IMG/VR virus record: IMGVR_UViG_3300030333_002703
Location: 46,062-110,061 of that record
Direction: 5' to 3' (one strand)
DNA length: 64,000 nt
Source of the DNA: a virus
The notes below the pieces were generated by a model. That model worked only from the letters and a program-made list of their open reading frames with translations, ran no database searches and was not told the origin of the DNA. Shown here piece by piece: positions 16,101-22,785 of the stretch. Both the position numbers and the translations under genes were made by a program. Each line of letters begins with the position of its first letter. The first letter of the stretch is position 1.

Positions 16101-19100
16101 ACCACTCACGCACTATACAATGGTGGTGTATTACATCTCACAGGACCACACCATAATTACGAGCGAGGTGCATTGTTCACTGATACTCGTATCAGTCCAT
16201 TAACACGCATTCTACCACAGGTATTGTCGGGTTCACGCGATACCAACAATCTGTTCATGGCTGATGCATACCTATGTATGTGGCATCATAATCTGGGTCG
16301 GCCATTCACCGCATTCTCCGAGGGTCGAACCACTGCAGGTTCACCAACGCATCAAAAGCCATACAACATCATGCCTGAATCATTTGAAATGGTTCACTAC
16401 CATGAGTTCGCATACGCTATCAGCACAGGCCCATTCGCATTGGGTATGAAGTGGATGAATCATCGTATTGCATCTGATACATCTACTGGCACATGGGACA
16501 ACGCCAATCATCGTATTACATTGACCAACAGTCCAGTTACATCTGGCTATGGTGCTGATGGTGGAACCTTTGATGGGTATTATCTGATGATAGATGGGAT
16601 ACGAGCATACCATGAGGTCGGTACAGTCACATTCACTATTGACGACGGCAACAAACGATTGAATGCTACTGGTGGTGGCGCAAGTGTCAGTACAGTGTTT
16701 GAAGGATTGGTTGCTGCTAGCGCTGTCGTAGAACTCATCATGGATGATGGAACCAATGCGGCTATCGCAGCATCATCAGCAGTGAGCGCACCTGTGACCA
16801 TGCCATCCGGTGGCAAGCATTTCTTCGGTGGATTCTGGCCCGGTGGGTCACGATACGGTGCAGGTGCATCCCGTCTTGATATGTGGGGTGACGTGGAACG
16901 TGGATGGAACGCCGCATCTAATCCATTTGATGGGTCATGTGTGGCGTATGCCGCACAATACAATGCTGGCCCTACATTAGACCCAATGGAGATACGAAGT
17001 GACCAAACTGTGACCAGCACATGGACAAACTACAACACCACACCACACAATGGTGCGCCTTGGACACGGAACTATTGCTTCGGATACCGATTCGCGGTCC
17101 GGCAACCATACAACAGACCTCGATGGGCTATCGCTATCAAGAGTGTAGCGGAAGGGCCATCAGCCAGTGGGACATATGCGGCAACGGGTCACTTCGCATA
17201 TTACAACGGACCGTTTGTTCAAAATGAAAGCGGGTCATGGACAAGTGGTGCTGAAACAGCCGTGGGTACTACCAGCATCGCATCAGGTATCAGTGGTATC
17301 TTGGAACGTCAAACCAATGCCAGTCATCTACTTGGCTTTGACATCCCCGGTTGGCAGGTTCGATACAGTGATGGCCGACGTATGACACGACCATTCGGTT
17401 GTCCTGTGAGAACCCTACGCAATCACGGATTGTCACGCCGACAGTTCCCCGGCGATAGTGCAGGGTTAGCCATTGAGGATGTGGTCAAAGCCAATATGTA
17501 CTACGTTGTAGATTGGTGGGGTAACACCACAGGTGAGGATGTCAGACGATTCCCAGTGCGTGGCTTTGGACTACGCCCTGCCTTCGACCCCGAAGCATGG
17601 CGATGGACTGCACCCGGCACAGGTGGTAACATCATCCAAAGACCTGAATCTCTATTCCATTTGCATTCCAATGCATCTATGCCTCCATCAGTACAAGAAG
17701 GCAATCGCAATGAAACAAATAATAACGAATACTCGGCAACAATGGCTGATAGACGACTGACTGATTTATTCAATCCACTTGACAGTATCCGTGTAGGTGA
17801 TAGAGGTGACGGGCGTGGTGTTCGATGCCCTATCTTCTTCAATGAATATGTAGCACAAGCCGTGAACACTACCATCAATCCATTGGGTTTGATGTTATCA
17901 CATCATACTGCTGAACCTCCATTCACACAAGGGTTGATTCGTGCGCGTGACGACACACTACAAGGCACAGAAATACCACGTGGTATATCATCTCGTATGG
18001 GCATTGCAGATGCGGCAGGTCTGCTCAAGAAAGAAGGGACATCAGGTCGTAATTTGGAAGAATCATCAGGTGTATTTGGTATGGAAGGTTTGTCGTTCCA
18101 AGACCCAGTGAGTAGAATGTCACCACGCATTGGTTTAGATACTCTAACCGTAGGAGAGATGATGGGTCAAGCCAGTAAGGATTACATCATTCAAGCGACA
18201 CAGGCTATCAGTCTACATACTGACCGTGAGGTTGGTCAGCGATACATCTTTGAGGGTTCATTCAAACACACTATGTTCCCACGATTAGCGGCAGATGGTG
18301 AAGATGATGTGTCAGAAACCACACAAGCATTGGGTCATTTGGACTTCAGCAAAGCAGCATCCATGACGTGGGCCGACCCACCATCTATCCTGCGATTCAA
18401 CAACGCACATGGTGTATCTCCATTGGGTGGTAACTACATCATGGAGGTCTCATCATACAGTGAACCATTCGATGACACCGGATGGGGTATTGACGGAACA
18501 GTATCATTGGGTTCATCAGGCCCGACATCCAACCCATATCAAGGGAATACTGCATCATCTAATTTGAACAATCCAATGTCACGACGCACCAATGCATTGG
18601 ACACAACAGTACGATTCTTGGTTAGACCATATCGTGTATTGGATTATCGACACGTTGCATTATTCAGACCTGTCGCTGAACCAGTGGCTGGGACACCTCA
18701 AGCATTATCTACGAAGCCATTCTTCAAACATACAGCAGGTAGTCGGTATGGTCTGTTCAACTATGAGATGGCGAATGGTCGAGCAGGTTTGAATGTGTAT
18801 GTGTCTACAACCAATCCGTCACCAACGACAGCCCCATACGTCGCGTCATACATCCCCAATCAATCCAACTATTCAGATAACAAATCACATGGCCCCAAGA
18901 TTCAGGGTGCTTCAGTGCTGAACGCATCAGGTGTAGTTCCCACACCAACACTTGGTACACCTGTGGCACGATTGCTCATCAGTGAAAACACATTACAACA
19001 CTACAGGTCTGATGCATCACGTCGTAGAACCATTAGTGAAGAAAATGATATAGTGATTCGCCCAGACTATAGTGTGCAACCAAGATACAGTCAGTCTCTT

Positions 19101-19199
19101 CATCCAAAGGGTGAAGGTGGCACAACGGACTTCAACACAGGCGACCACGATGATGACACACCTGATGATTATAGTGGAGTGAGGACGGTGGATTACTGA
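1191..19199 (+). CDS. Giant (~6000 aa) putative virion/tail or adhesin protein with N-terminal LamG/concanavalin A-like domain
   Basis: Uninterrupted 18-kb ORF. ATG at 1191 follows the upstream stop. LamG hallmarks: FSVEAWV, YIVGVFTGQQVKLYVNGELVA, NLYIGG, GLWRFEE. Internal repeats present. Confidence 0.8.
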   Translation: MTLIGKSSHAMFFNGISDGILVPQAPFSKTGTQTTHGKSYDATLGGQGQNVNTKMSKTSESFSVEAWVVPDCGGVIASKEGVFELRIGDISTPGPAQFTVHTYDENVGKQSVTATTASPVIVSGAHKGWDGIVYPTDASVALQGTFNRFNTGKTDESALNRNSRELIYIVGVFTGQQVKLYVNGELVASEKLQRKTRSAHSSANLYIGGKGGEYRGRIEGVHWRRGFAESNAIPSSLLPNTDTIGLWRFEEPIDVPDISLTLKSAASASTNASGSTLTISNADGKALMEYITGSTPTATTTLDLASSTYSNGKYQITTAGALQQPDHLPINLIINPTGVDEKTGIAYQTSPPERVRLKQVVWNADGTTDSTLTVYSIHLDFSNSTTTGLRGLLHAHAANDTTNQLAKGSTIAVINSDLLIDSGSGLPLRAPGQGTQIIDRTGQMVIDEVGGNHGFIFNTQIATDTTNNPFAFNWGATELPVGFQAGHTGRHKFTHITGHPYLQHLPEATEEIVERNLDGDSDSFTAFYEGSALGLRRQVPLGSLMDVHRQAFVGSAINVENTGTVVEAVENGLAGFDTTARQLIAIGGEGFDPIPFLLKGHAFLGEDGTTDTYDMHLTPEDTSRVAILECAMGSDAAPYVEIHYNAIDLDGSRIQYAATGTTSAAWDNTNHRITLTNNGTKAFGPNSGTFDGYHLICDGERAYDSKGTVTFTIDHTNHRLNATSGGSSVRTAFEGKIAAAGAIVYLELTGAALCVTKTVPDASSIISGTQVIDYIHTALASGATLHAPGGVVTISDDVLGAGSVAFQNHRMVGDNTGGTTYEMELDNTLIPANHVPNSATDTPQSPPKGIVASHVIDATHSPVYHKMVIRNSQSGTSGSAAGNSSDPAITNAPDIFRLSPRKEATSNANGVFDTPATNHATNLFEVFDIIDNWQVGKNHVLIVQPTDRTRTMQLTKFASESTQSNDPNFLSVEFLQCRGRVQDFREKTDDKGRQLIIRGLGLVHDIRDANASLLGDGSPDSHGVKEIIPGGPVVAVSLGGPGQGALDTKPTYDPSPMARIGWNTRRPCAAVVNTVDVSSTPRTITLSPYNNQSKHLASWGHICFPPSSGSSGSNDARVYLKTGASAAYYDIVAGEILFDTTDTNMAGWFVNADGSLESTFADWVTTNVLPAGTILYTDPYIGDDTMSEDGTTVQDRMFQKLSSVTHDYQLGTQYASTRALVEIPFFPHQFFEDAEEGIFPGPNNSMKLTLDATMTAHTWNPKPVGRRLCDSSIAADPTVLGPYTRNWITSGLRDTSIVSVTYVSASSPAPAHWLFEVDDASIFPQAMEGLITSASASGLGRAGIAKGGAVSRTRRFFLPDGSWAIYDRVDYTNNTIRVNDLLSGYGIRTTDSGGHTTNSKTNENNAIGFGMGKTKGGHTWRPLYGEWQTNRESRQDGEWVIQPITSPEMIGKRISPTAHIFNGDIPSINDGEGYSVAEAQSFTSPFYHDQASVLTQGSGLDYGLKQYVSAVEFKAGPEENPHTAKLQTGAWRGKILSYKNNVLIVDNAENFPPIGAMLRYGSQSVLDWKVRNENTGLELQINYLATTTSISEPVFSAKVWSSSATAVLGTHFKIGDELTIMSLEVNPNTGGYATTWPKVMHDAILNKEWLGPYASGGLRNGDTIWMNMHYTNPHATDGIFCKSRGVVNDWEVHSMFNGGLGQFDLRSRNSIPMENFLIGNTCRETAENYVQHVNKTIEQNLIQLGIHTTRTVAFLDPYLCTDDHARVLLYDVEADRECVAFHDLYMQVQSSPDAVKIDNMDAANGFISQRRDVDISGWLSTSQEQDYPHDHTDHVKIRSDHGKSSYIEGAYSHSDGVTMNVERLSQDDSETAIARWAIDDRYNRNYEEYAKQGDCTSRYAVPRTTDGVCCYTQAELWFGQGIEDAKEAAAFWASKSVTGVTSTTTVAAAGGTGSQSFDDSTTAIQFNSHTLDTPNGTRTISAFLCLKGIRAVDSPTTNARLSNLPHWKQMDFTRRLTIDLGEIGIKEGVTSVEAAAHEIVRLINQAGAKKGRSNIRRPVDQFPGATVGQDDGASAHIKADYAVTGSTHDPASFWDDTAFSSYDRGSHMGYLRAHIGRVIEDRNGVEGYTIVIHSTIPGATGRNFCVWLDNSKGQTNYNPQFLIGHGGRFNSFYCQPLETAGENMHPAPMPINKHGRPFAPITTLQQFVSTGVPSSANAQLNRAIPPTPFTAQEQEGALPALPSFGAAGGGVGSNSVTMESTMPTEMTVVEGLGVGTKAYAQMNFGGLVASGVPGWSPDYGTWGFGDGTDSRAHNIYSASAATQQDYTSHVPATDKLEIGTDGQIYGIQFEDHLKRKHTVRMLYKEYGKTFTNENTNLPSTIENEIVIWMDDRDVSFGGFTIGRAMKGAGDIGKRIKTGAAWKLDTNAYDGAVTESKAAYTDAITDVPYCGGRWNGVPSPMAAYAVTIDRPSGTSLSLRHNQGDTFAWNKLHGGIWHDLPADGDVLGFLGFPKTNGVLQLTLPEGNSGGAAADIGSTGYMISYTHRTENTKFGPHTFYGCTGIPTALSGWGDTTIGPDTYEVAESPACISARPNWTTLVTDELIAAAVEFALTMDDPNEGDTFDCTNMLAADGRTFGEWGISPSAIRVQAYSDKHPITPLRTLFNVRREKDYGILHAHANAPQKTVDGVAIHAAGASHANAHLWYNESYPLNLTEGTNSTPAYASPRGMTNTALDGNMGVPCGYVPRTVLHISTRYRGANANTVSPLVVDSRNVPINTDTWQQNLRGELCQFWAGDHILPMINNGRVELSVSSSSDDANGTFTNGGHSSTGKWAIKLSTINGGGGTSSNEIQELFQFGPVGRIKNENMGMITAGAHGDHLPFGGAEDASYVAPYTMWCSNSDWAVITPKASQADAKASGGPTNLFDSGYRDGGYQWRHQFARINVLDDLSVLASGVTANESEEFTARCDATIAANEIIYLQRWLNPEHEGIRTSGSYAYAKPITYFRGASDGSDHSVPLYFGGGFSGAVLDINDGTENDYTEFYTHPYSAGPTGCAGIQNANEIMGSHCILDTTAMLAMFPGTGYLDQHKGQANPPFQNEHLQLSPDMALEDSHVPITTASSQGPDGSTGAAGYTNNSKTVIQTQPSPIILRFAHPFARYEDVQDDAKKTQTTYVVFGPGQSVPTFLQSNYTNSPSPTTYIEPSVAISVGCLYNKYLFANYGSDRSGFNPVGVGRYIPAYPYAPMASGLLAYYGTPDYAYLPNGVDLGKTTTWDNAPKTGSSSTTKSGWDAKIGWLPPTKDYQQDNVTRWQGVDNWEPAQGDPNADQYNQYDRYGLHLSGHFNRHDYGEDSNHDPASGTWSYGSTGYAHPLSPLTQTIYNGSGERLAGPIEDAAAIDEVSSRKIYTATAKDYAWHMDGGHPPGANFLDDRVVRNPQNGGAAQYCYAYHQISDGTYTPSEFRVGDNATMFRIGAAMLKQLTDGWGYTQDNHTTGVEGHVDRDIIVIDATRVQNAEELATVMSCAINEWPGTGALKALGGTFLPSFQSAHKQDRYSWVELPMDPTAGNSGLNGRTDHLTFESTAINTDYVHRDHFSIGIANLNPYTRATVTTYVPYELPVTGSGRLFLDSDTNPAVKRYVGADTGADTVSSMNDRGFYFFYAGISNSDDTSQGGGTVATAAHRSFYLAQNYRTGLRLPEDPTVDCTNRTFSSGMTGAQRPGMKYMECAVQAVTAAIPNPLVGFPRIMVWTKTGNHRWNNGGFNTANATKTNTDRSRLGLDTTTSLIFHALACTHVHFNGLHDAVDRTRPIGAVGWAGNQYSMLNSMGYWEPSLGVFAVPRGLGAWHPYLSFNPYGHQMGCHDSNYIGQYQASNVFADGDNAANYGIGGMNATDASAHWSYSNGWSTTYPTAKGTHENHYVVITHESELPLVARADHLGINGVGDLLSGIWKTSAMGTTSPPGKAANNDPNSIPPTGTTAWSADIHAPSRYSAPANGGPYVEAQVPATLENPTTNDTKRTNMQWGAKVDGADDLIMADACAAPTGDLFVGTDWVGHANTYYSDVNGIGGARANALPGIFDADTEPQRYWHDPVSNAGKVGGRNFTVEHVVWKRMDGGNLSLPAPNARGLGALPWVWRKQSGTSNYYKTGETVYGNCRFSFETTNSAMLPVIQAQELSHPQLAELYPFEIGNAMTIPNEEIQFESITVIDDTGQEHRIEGGSPFGTIIRDFKSISDRTDEGMAPALAGSGSYPNMEIQLPDPDTIPGNIIVRSGFDRVQSYQNETVGTGGLQHPSQPTNLVDKAFDGSGPTDALWPTWENNKWEQVAQDSTFPQSVTSNWANSTDDAPLKTAYEPHDRTLYFHITKHDISYSKREPVAAINHIHQTALGGGATNLVLRDNITVNQTTFTGTTLTYGGTVHFHATHKGAIFADPREQLKDGSNRWYLVAINSAGKKAIASYTGVTTGSARFDGVVFDSNWDETFNGADIYPSFYTPAGSARLFAARRMRDHAEVSGNSPDMPRVAWWKLNDGGPTSTNPYDLINAPKLTPMPIPRMGHHYVTPTMAMMPGHLAHPVYQNIWKSHLAVESSTRAPVEMSGNVGGTPTMDPNIWFSNLTPNYPPSDIHGGAFTLMSETKVRFDGYGVLASNGVAGDVNSKGGHVIILESNSHYTQTSHFPDPLEVGAYQIVIQPNLFSQQVTGFHQNTPFADTTSPRNAADSAYESDLEQNLTGQQVATVVGIFHDWATYGATGLVLADALSADVRGCEVYLNEIMLDIDPAAGQQFTSLPPLATFNALGVNESTSPAFSRRSMPYHPTMFKRATPGYTLTIPWWAIGMNSGMHSGLSLIGVDDYYQFCRATYGAISAQITLAGYPSYFFDPYQREHQSLNPQCTVTTNPTAGATATVRVDDNSLFPLDGSIYNRLLMTIDATGQKHYATYATRGTSGMAATGDTDRFLTVTPADGLGASSPIWNALTTTHALYNGGVLHLTGPHHNYERGALFTDTRISPLTRILPQVLSGSRDTNNLFMADAYLCMWHHNLGRPFTAFSEGRTTAGSPTHQKPYNIMPESFEMVHYHEFAYAISTGPFALGMKWMNHRIASDTSTGTWDNANHRITLTNSPVTSGYGADGGTFDGYYLMIDGIRAYHEVGTVTFTIDDGNKRLNATGGGASVSTVFEGLVAASAVVELIMDDGTNAAIAASSAVSAPVTMPSGGKHFFGGFWPGGSRYGAGASRLDMWGDVERGWNAASNPFDGSCVAYAAQYNAGPTLDPMEIRSDQTVTSTWTNYNTTPHNGAPWTRNYCFGYRFAVRQPYNRPRWAIAIKSVAEGPSASGTYAATGHFAYYNGPFVQNESGSWTSGAETAVGTTSIASGISGILERQTNASHLLGFDIPGWQVRYSDGRRMTRPFGCPVRTLRNHGLSRRQFPGDSAGLAIEDVVKANMYYVVDWWGNTTGEDVRRFPVRGFGLRPAFDPEAWRWTAPGTGGNIIQRPESLFHLHSNASMPPSVQEGNRNETNNNEYSATMADRRLTDLFNPLDSIRVGDRGDGRGVRCPIFFNEYVAQAVNTTINPLGLMLSHHTAEPPFTQGLIRARDDTLQGTEIPRGISSRMGIADAAGLLKKEGTSGRNLEESSGVFGMEGLSFQDPVSRMSPRIGLDTLTVGEMMGQASKDYIIQATQAISLHTDREVGQRYIFEGSFKHTMFPRLAADGEDDVSETTQALGHLDFSKAASMTWADPPSILRFNNAHGVSPLGGNYIMEVSSYSEPFDDTGWGIDGTVSLGSSGPTSNPYQGNTASSNLNNPMSRRTNALDTTVRFLVRPYRVLDYRHVALFRPVAEPVAGTPQALSTKPFFKHTAGSRYGLFNYEMANGRAGLNVYVSTTNPSPTTAPYVASYIPNQSNYSDNKSHGPKIQGASVLNASGVVPTPTLGTPVARLLISENTLQHYRSDASRRRTISEENDIVIRPDYSVQPRYSQSLHPKGEGGTTDFNTGDHDDDTPDDYSGVRTVDY

Positions 19200-21079
19200 T
19201 GGCATCTACACAATCATTCCCGCCAAAGGGTCGGCAAGATAGTATCCTGAATGAGGTATCATCTACAATACGCGCACCTGTGTTTGTAGATAACACAGTT
19301 CTCCATGCAGAATACACACGTGAGCGAGACAGAATAACAGGACAAACAGTGAAGATATCTCCACCGTCTTCATCCGATTTCCAAATGACTAACCCTCGCC
19401 AATACAATTTGACAGAAGGTACTGACCAACTAATTCTATCCCATGCAACAAAGGCAGGGTCACATTATACAGGGGCGGTGTATTTCAATGGTACAAAACT
19501 AGACGATAGCACTGACCAAATCCCTGCCATCATCTACGGAACAGAAGATACAAGCCAACGATTGACTGTAAGTGAAGTCCAAACGGCTACGTCAGGAACT
19601 AAAATGATGTTGCCAAATATGCGAGGTAGGTCATTGGATGACATAAATTTCGATAGCCAACAAACTGTAGTACTTGGGCAAATAATCAATGTGGGATTCC
19701 GCACGACTGATGTAGTTCAACATCTATTCAAAGGAACATACAATTCGATTAACGCATTTGAAATCGGATTTGTATTGGCAGGGCCACGCGCTGGGAATAA
19801 TACATACTACAAAGGTGGTGACATTGCACGACATTCTACGAAATTCATTTCGCAAAACTTCCAAGGTGTGAATATGTTGGCGGCTTTGAAATACGTAGGT
19901 AGATATGACAAACACATTTTGATACATGATAGATTTGGTAACTTGTTGTACACTCCAGATGTATTTGCATACACGGATAGAGAAGTAGGTGACGCTAAGG
20001 GAATTGCTGAAGTCAAAGTTAGACCTCTTGTAGGGAGTGCAAATCAAATCACTGTGAGAGGTCGCCCAATGGCATTGAACGATAACAACATCATAAACGT
20101 AGATGATATGGATTCACAAAAGCGAGATGGAGCCGTCAAGAATCAACGCATTGATGACCCATTGTCTAAAACCAAAGTCCAAGCAAGATTAACAGCATCA
20201 CAAATGCTACGATTTAATCGCAAAGCGCAAAGCATTCTTGATACAAGAGGGCATATGAACTCATGGGATTTAGACCCCGGTGATATTGTGAACTACAAAA
20301 CTCCATCATCAGGTATAGATAAATCTGTGGCCTTGCTCAAAGCAGAACATTCACTACGAAAACATAGTAGTGATTTCCGTTTGGTACGTGATGATGACAC
20401 CTTGGAAGGAATGCTAGCAGCATTCAGCAGCACAGGCACAATTGAAAATGATGAAGCAGATTTCATCTCACAAATACAAACGCATGAATTGTCTAATCTT
20501 GGTGACATTCAACTACGAGTGCAACCATCAATTATTACTCACACATTGTTAGGAACGCAAGCCCGCGTGTACTCCCATATAACCGCATCTGATAATCCAT
20601 ACGCATTTAGTGAACCGATGGGAGCCATAGACCCAGCGACATATGCTAGGGAAATTAACAACGATATGCCGAACAAACACGCAGGTCTGATAATCGGTCA
20701 TCGGTACAGTCAAGGTAACACCACAAACGGTATTGGTACAACGGATGTAACCAAGGCTGCACGTGGGGCTATTGGTGTAGGTGCATCATTATCTACAACA
20801 GTGAGTGCATACACACACGTTGGCACTACAATTACCGTAGCATCTACTGATGGATTCCCTACATCAGGTGCATTAATGGTGACAAGTGAAGAAAGTACAA
20901 AGTCAATGTATCTGACATATACTGGGATAACAGATGCAACTACATTTGAAGGTGTAGCGAGAACTCCAACAGCATTGACTGGTGATGTATCGTTTTCACC
21001 ACACGCGAAAGTCATTTACGCTCGCCCTCGCTCCCACGAAGTAGGGACACACCGTTCTAAAATGCAGGTGGTGCTATAA
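19199..21079 (+). CDS. Putative tail/baseplate hub-like structural protein
   Basis: 626 aa, TGATG-coupled to the giant ORF. C-terminal TITVASTDGFPTSG...YTGITDATTFEGVAR module typical of virion proteins. Confidence 0.55.
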   Translation: MASTQSFPPKGRQDSILNEVSSTIRAPVFVDNTVLHAEYTRERDRITGQTVKISPPSSSDFQMTNPRQYNLTEGTDQLILSHATKAGSHYTGAVYFNGTKLDDSTDQIPAIIYGTEDTSQRLTVSEVQTATSGTKMMLPNMRGRSLDDINFDSQQTVVLGQIINVGFRTTDVVQHLFKGTYNSINAFEIGFVLAGPRAGNNTYYKGGDIARHSTKFISQNFQGVNMLAALKYVGRYDKHILIHDRFGNLLYTPDVFAYTDREVGDAKGIAEVKVRPLVGSANQITVRGRPMALNDNNIINVDDMDSQKRDGAVKNQRIDDPLSKTKVQARLTASQMLRFNRKAQSILDTRGHMNSWDLDPGDIVNYKTPSSGIDKSVALLKAEHSLRKHSSDFRLVRDDDTLEGMLAAFSSTGTIENDEADFISQIQTHELSNLGDIQLRVQPSIITHTLLGTQARVYSHITASDNPYAFSEPMGAIDPATYAREINNDMPNKHAGLIIGHRYSQGNTTNGIGTTDVTKAARGAIGVGASLSTTVSAYTHVGTTITVASTDGFPTSGALMVTSEESTKSMYLTYTGITDATTFEGVARTPTALTGDVSFSPHAKVIYARPRSHEVGTHRSKMQVVL

Positions 21080-21429
21080 TGCCAATCTTAAATCACGCAC
21101 GTAGATACCTGACAGAACAACTAGCCTCACAGATAAACGAAATGGTCATTGGTAGTGATGGCACAACAGCCACCGCTGATGATGGCGGGGCTAGAACTTT
21201 AGCACGTGTCGTTCCAACTGTGCGTGTGTTAGGCGACCAGACCATTTTAGTCGAAGGGACATTCGGAACGACATATTCATTTGATGCATCGGATGTCCAA
21301 GAAGTAATGGTACAGCATCGAAATGCTTCGACAAACGAGTTCATTCCAATTTATCGTACTGACTTCAGACCTATTACAAAAACCACACAAAACGAAATCC
21401 GAATCTCTTTGATTATTGAGGTGAACTAG
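21079..21429 (+). CDS. Small putative tail/baseplate protein
   Basis: 116 aa, TAATG coupling, beta-rich (MVIGSDGT...FRPITKT...IRISLII). Confidence 0.5.
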   Translation: MPILNHARRYLTEQLASQINEMVIGSDGTTATADDGGARTLARVVPTVRVLGDQTILVEGTFGTTYSFDASDVQEVMVQHRNASTNEFIPIYRTDFRPITKTTQNEIRISLIIEVN

Positions 21430-22785
21430 ATGGCAAATCCAAATTCAGGACATACAGCAGCGAACATTACATGGGGTTCAGATGGATTACGTGACGGTGA
21501 CGTAATCACATCTGCAACATTGACAAACATAGTGCATGGTGTACATGGCAATGGCATTCTTCGATTACAAGACAATGTATTTGGGATGACTAGTCGCAAC
21601 GAGGTGATGACACAATCACCCGGTCATCTCACTCGCTCTGATGAGAATACTCTCACTGTGAAAGGTGGGTATTGTGTATTAGATGGTGTGCTATACTCAT
21701 TTGCAGGTGGTCCGGGGCAAAGTGTAAATGTAGATATTGACAATACCCAGAACTATTGCACTAGTACGGTCCTCGCAGCAGGTCAAGAATGCATATACAC
21801 AGTGTACTTGGTAGGTTCATCTAATTCTGCCCATGCTAATGCGCGTGTTAAAATTGCAGGTGGGACACCAACGACTACTACATCAGGTGTATTCCCTCCA
21901 TCAGCATCAGTAATGAATGTAGACCCTATTGCTGGATACAGTGAACTCAATGCACACAGTGTCATATTGGGTGTTGTTCGTTGTGTATTCCAAGCCGGTA
22001 CAGGTGGTCCTGACAACGTGAACATCATCGAAATCAATGACAAGCGTGTGTTTATCCGCCCATCACCTGATTACATCATGCCACTTACAAGTAATGTCGA
22101 TGCGACAGCGGCTGACGCTGCTACAGTATCACGCACATACCGCAATGGTGTGAACTATGATGTGCAACTCAAATCTGTGTTCGGTTCAGGTCACGTCGAA
22201 TCAGGTGACTTTGGTGGTGTGCATGGGTCCAATCGTATTGATGTGGCTGCACTGTGGGTCAGCCATCAGAACTGGAAAGCGTCAGTGGCTGATGCCACTG
22301 ACCCTGCTGTACCGAGTTCCAGCGACCCCAACTATGGATTGGGACCGGGTGGTGGATACGATAGTACAACGGCCACGTATGCTGATGCACAGACACCTAC
22401 AGATGTGTTGTACTTCTCCGGTCAAGGGAATGCCAAGCAATCTCTAGCGACGGGCGGGGCTATGACAACAGTACGTTTAGGTTCCAAAGGCGTTGATGTA
22501 TTTCAACTAACTGTTAGTGGGAATAAGGCATGGCCGGTTACATCATACGGCGACCAAGTATTCATCACCGATTGTACGACTGCACCATCTGGTTCAAACT
22601 TCGTTACCTACACACCAACGGGTGAGTTCCCCGAAGGTCACATGATATGGATTCAGAACACCAACGGGTCACACGATAACATTCGATTCAATGCCACAGG
22701 CATTAGCAATCAAGTCATTGAATCAGGTAAGACCGCACAGTATGTGTACGATGGCACTACATGGTATCGTCTAATGTATGTCTAA
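21430..22785 (+). CDS. Putative tail fibre/structural protein
   Basis: 451 aa, last gene of the + arm. LTVKGGYCVLDG and IxDKRVF motifs, C-terminal YDGTTWY. Confidence 0.55.
   Translation: MANPNSGHTAANITWGSDGLRDGDVITSATLTNIVHGVHGNGILRLQDNVFGMTSRNEVMTQSPGHLTRSDENTLTVKGGYCVLDGVLYSFAGGPGQSVNVDIDNTQNYCTSTVLAAGQECIYTVYLVGSSNSAHANARVKIAGGTPTTTTSGVFPPSASVMNVDPIAGYSELNAHSVILGVVRCVFQAGTGGPDNVNIIEINDKRVFIRPSPDYIMPLTSNVDATAADAATVSRTYRNGVNYDVQLKSVFGSGHVESGDFGGVHGSNRIDVAALWVSHQNWKASVADATDPAVPSSSDPNYGLGPGGGYDSTTATYADAQTPTDVLYFSGQGNAKQSLATGGAMTTVRLGSKGVDVFQLTVSGNKAWPVTSYGDQVFITDCTTAPSGSNFVTYTPTGEFPEGHMIWIQNTNGSHDNIRFNATGISNQVIESGKTAQYVYDGTTWYRLMYV

Noticed and set aside
3186-16733. Diversity-generating retroelement template/variable repeat pair
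   Set aside because: Both copies are in-frame coding, the differences are not adenine-specific, and no reverse transcriptase is present.
1191-19199. Tape-measure protein or intein-containing polyprotein
   Set aside because: Composition is beta/loop-rich (G, T, P, H, Y) and not helical Ala/Leu repeats. No intein or LAGLIDADG blocks were recognised.
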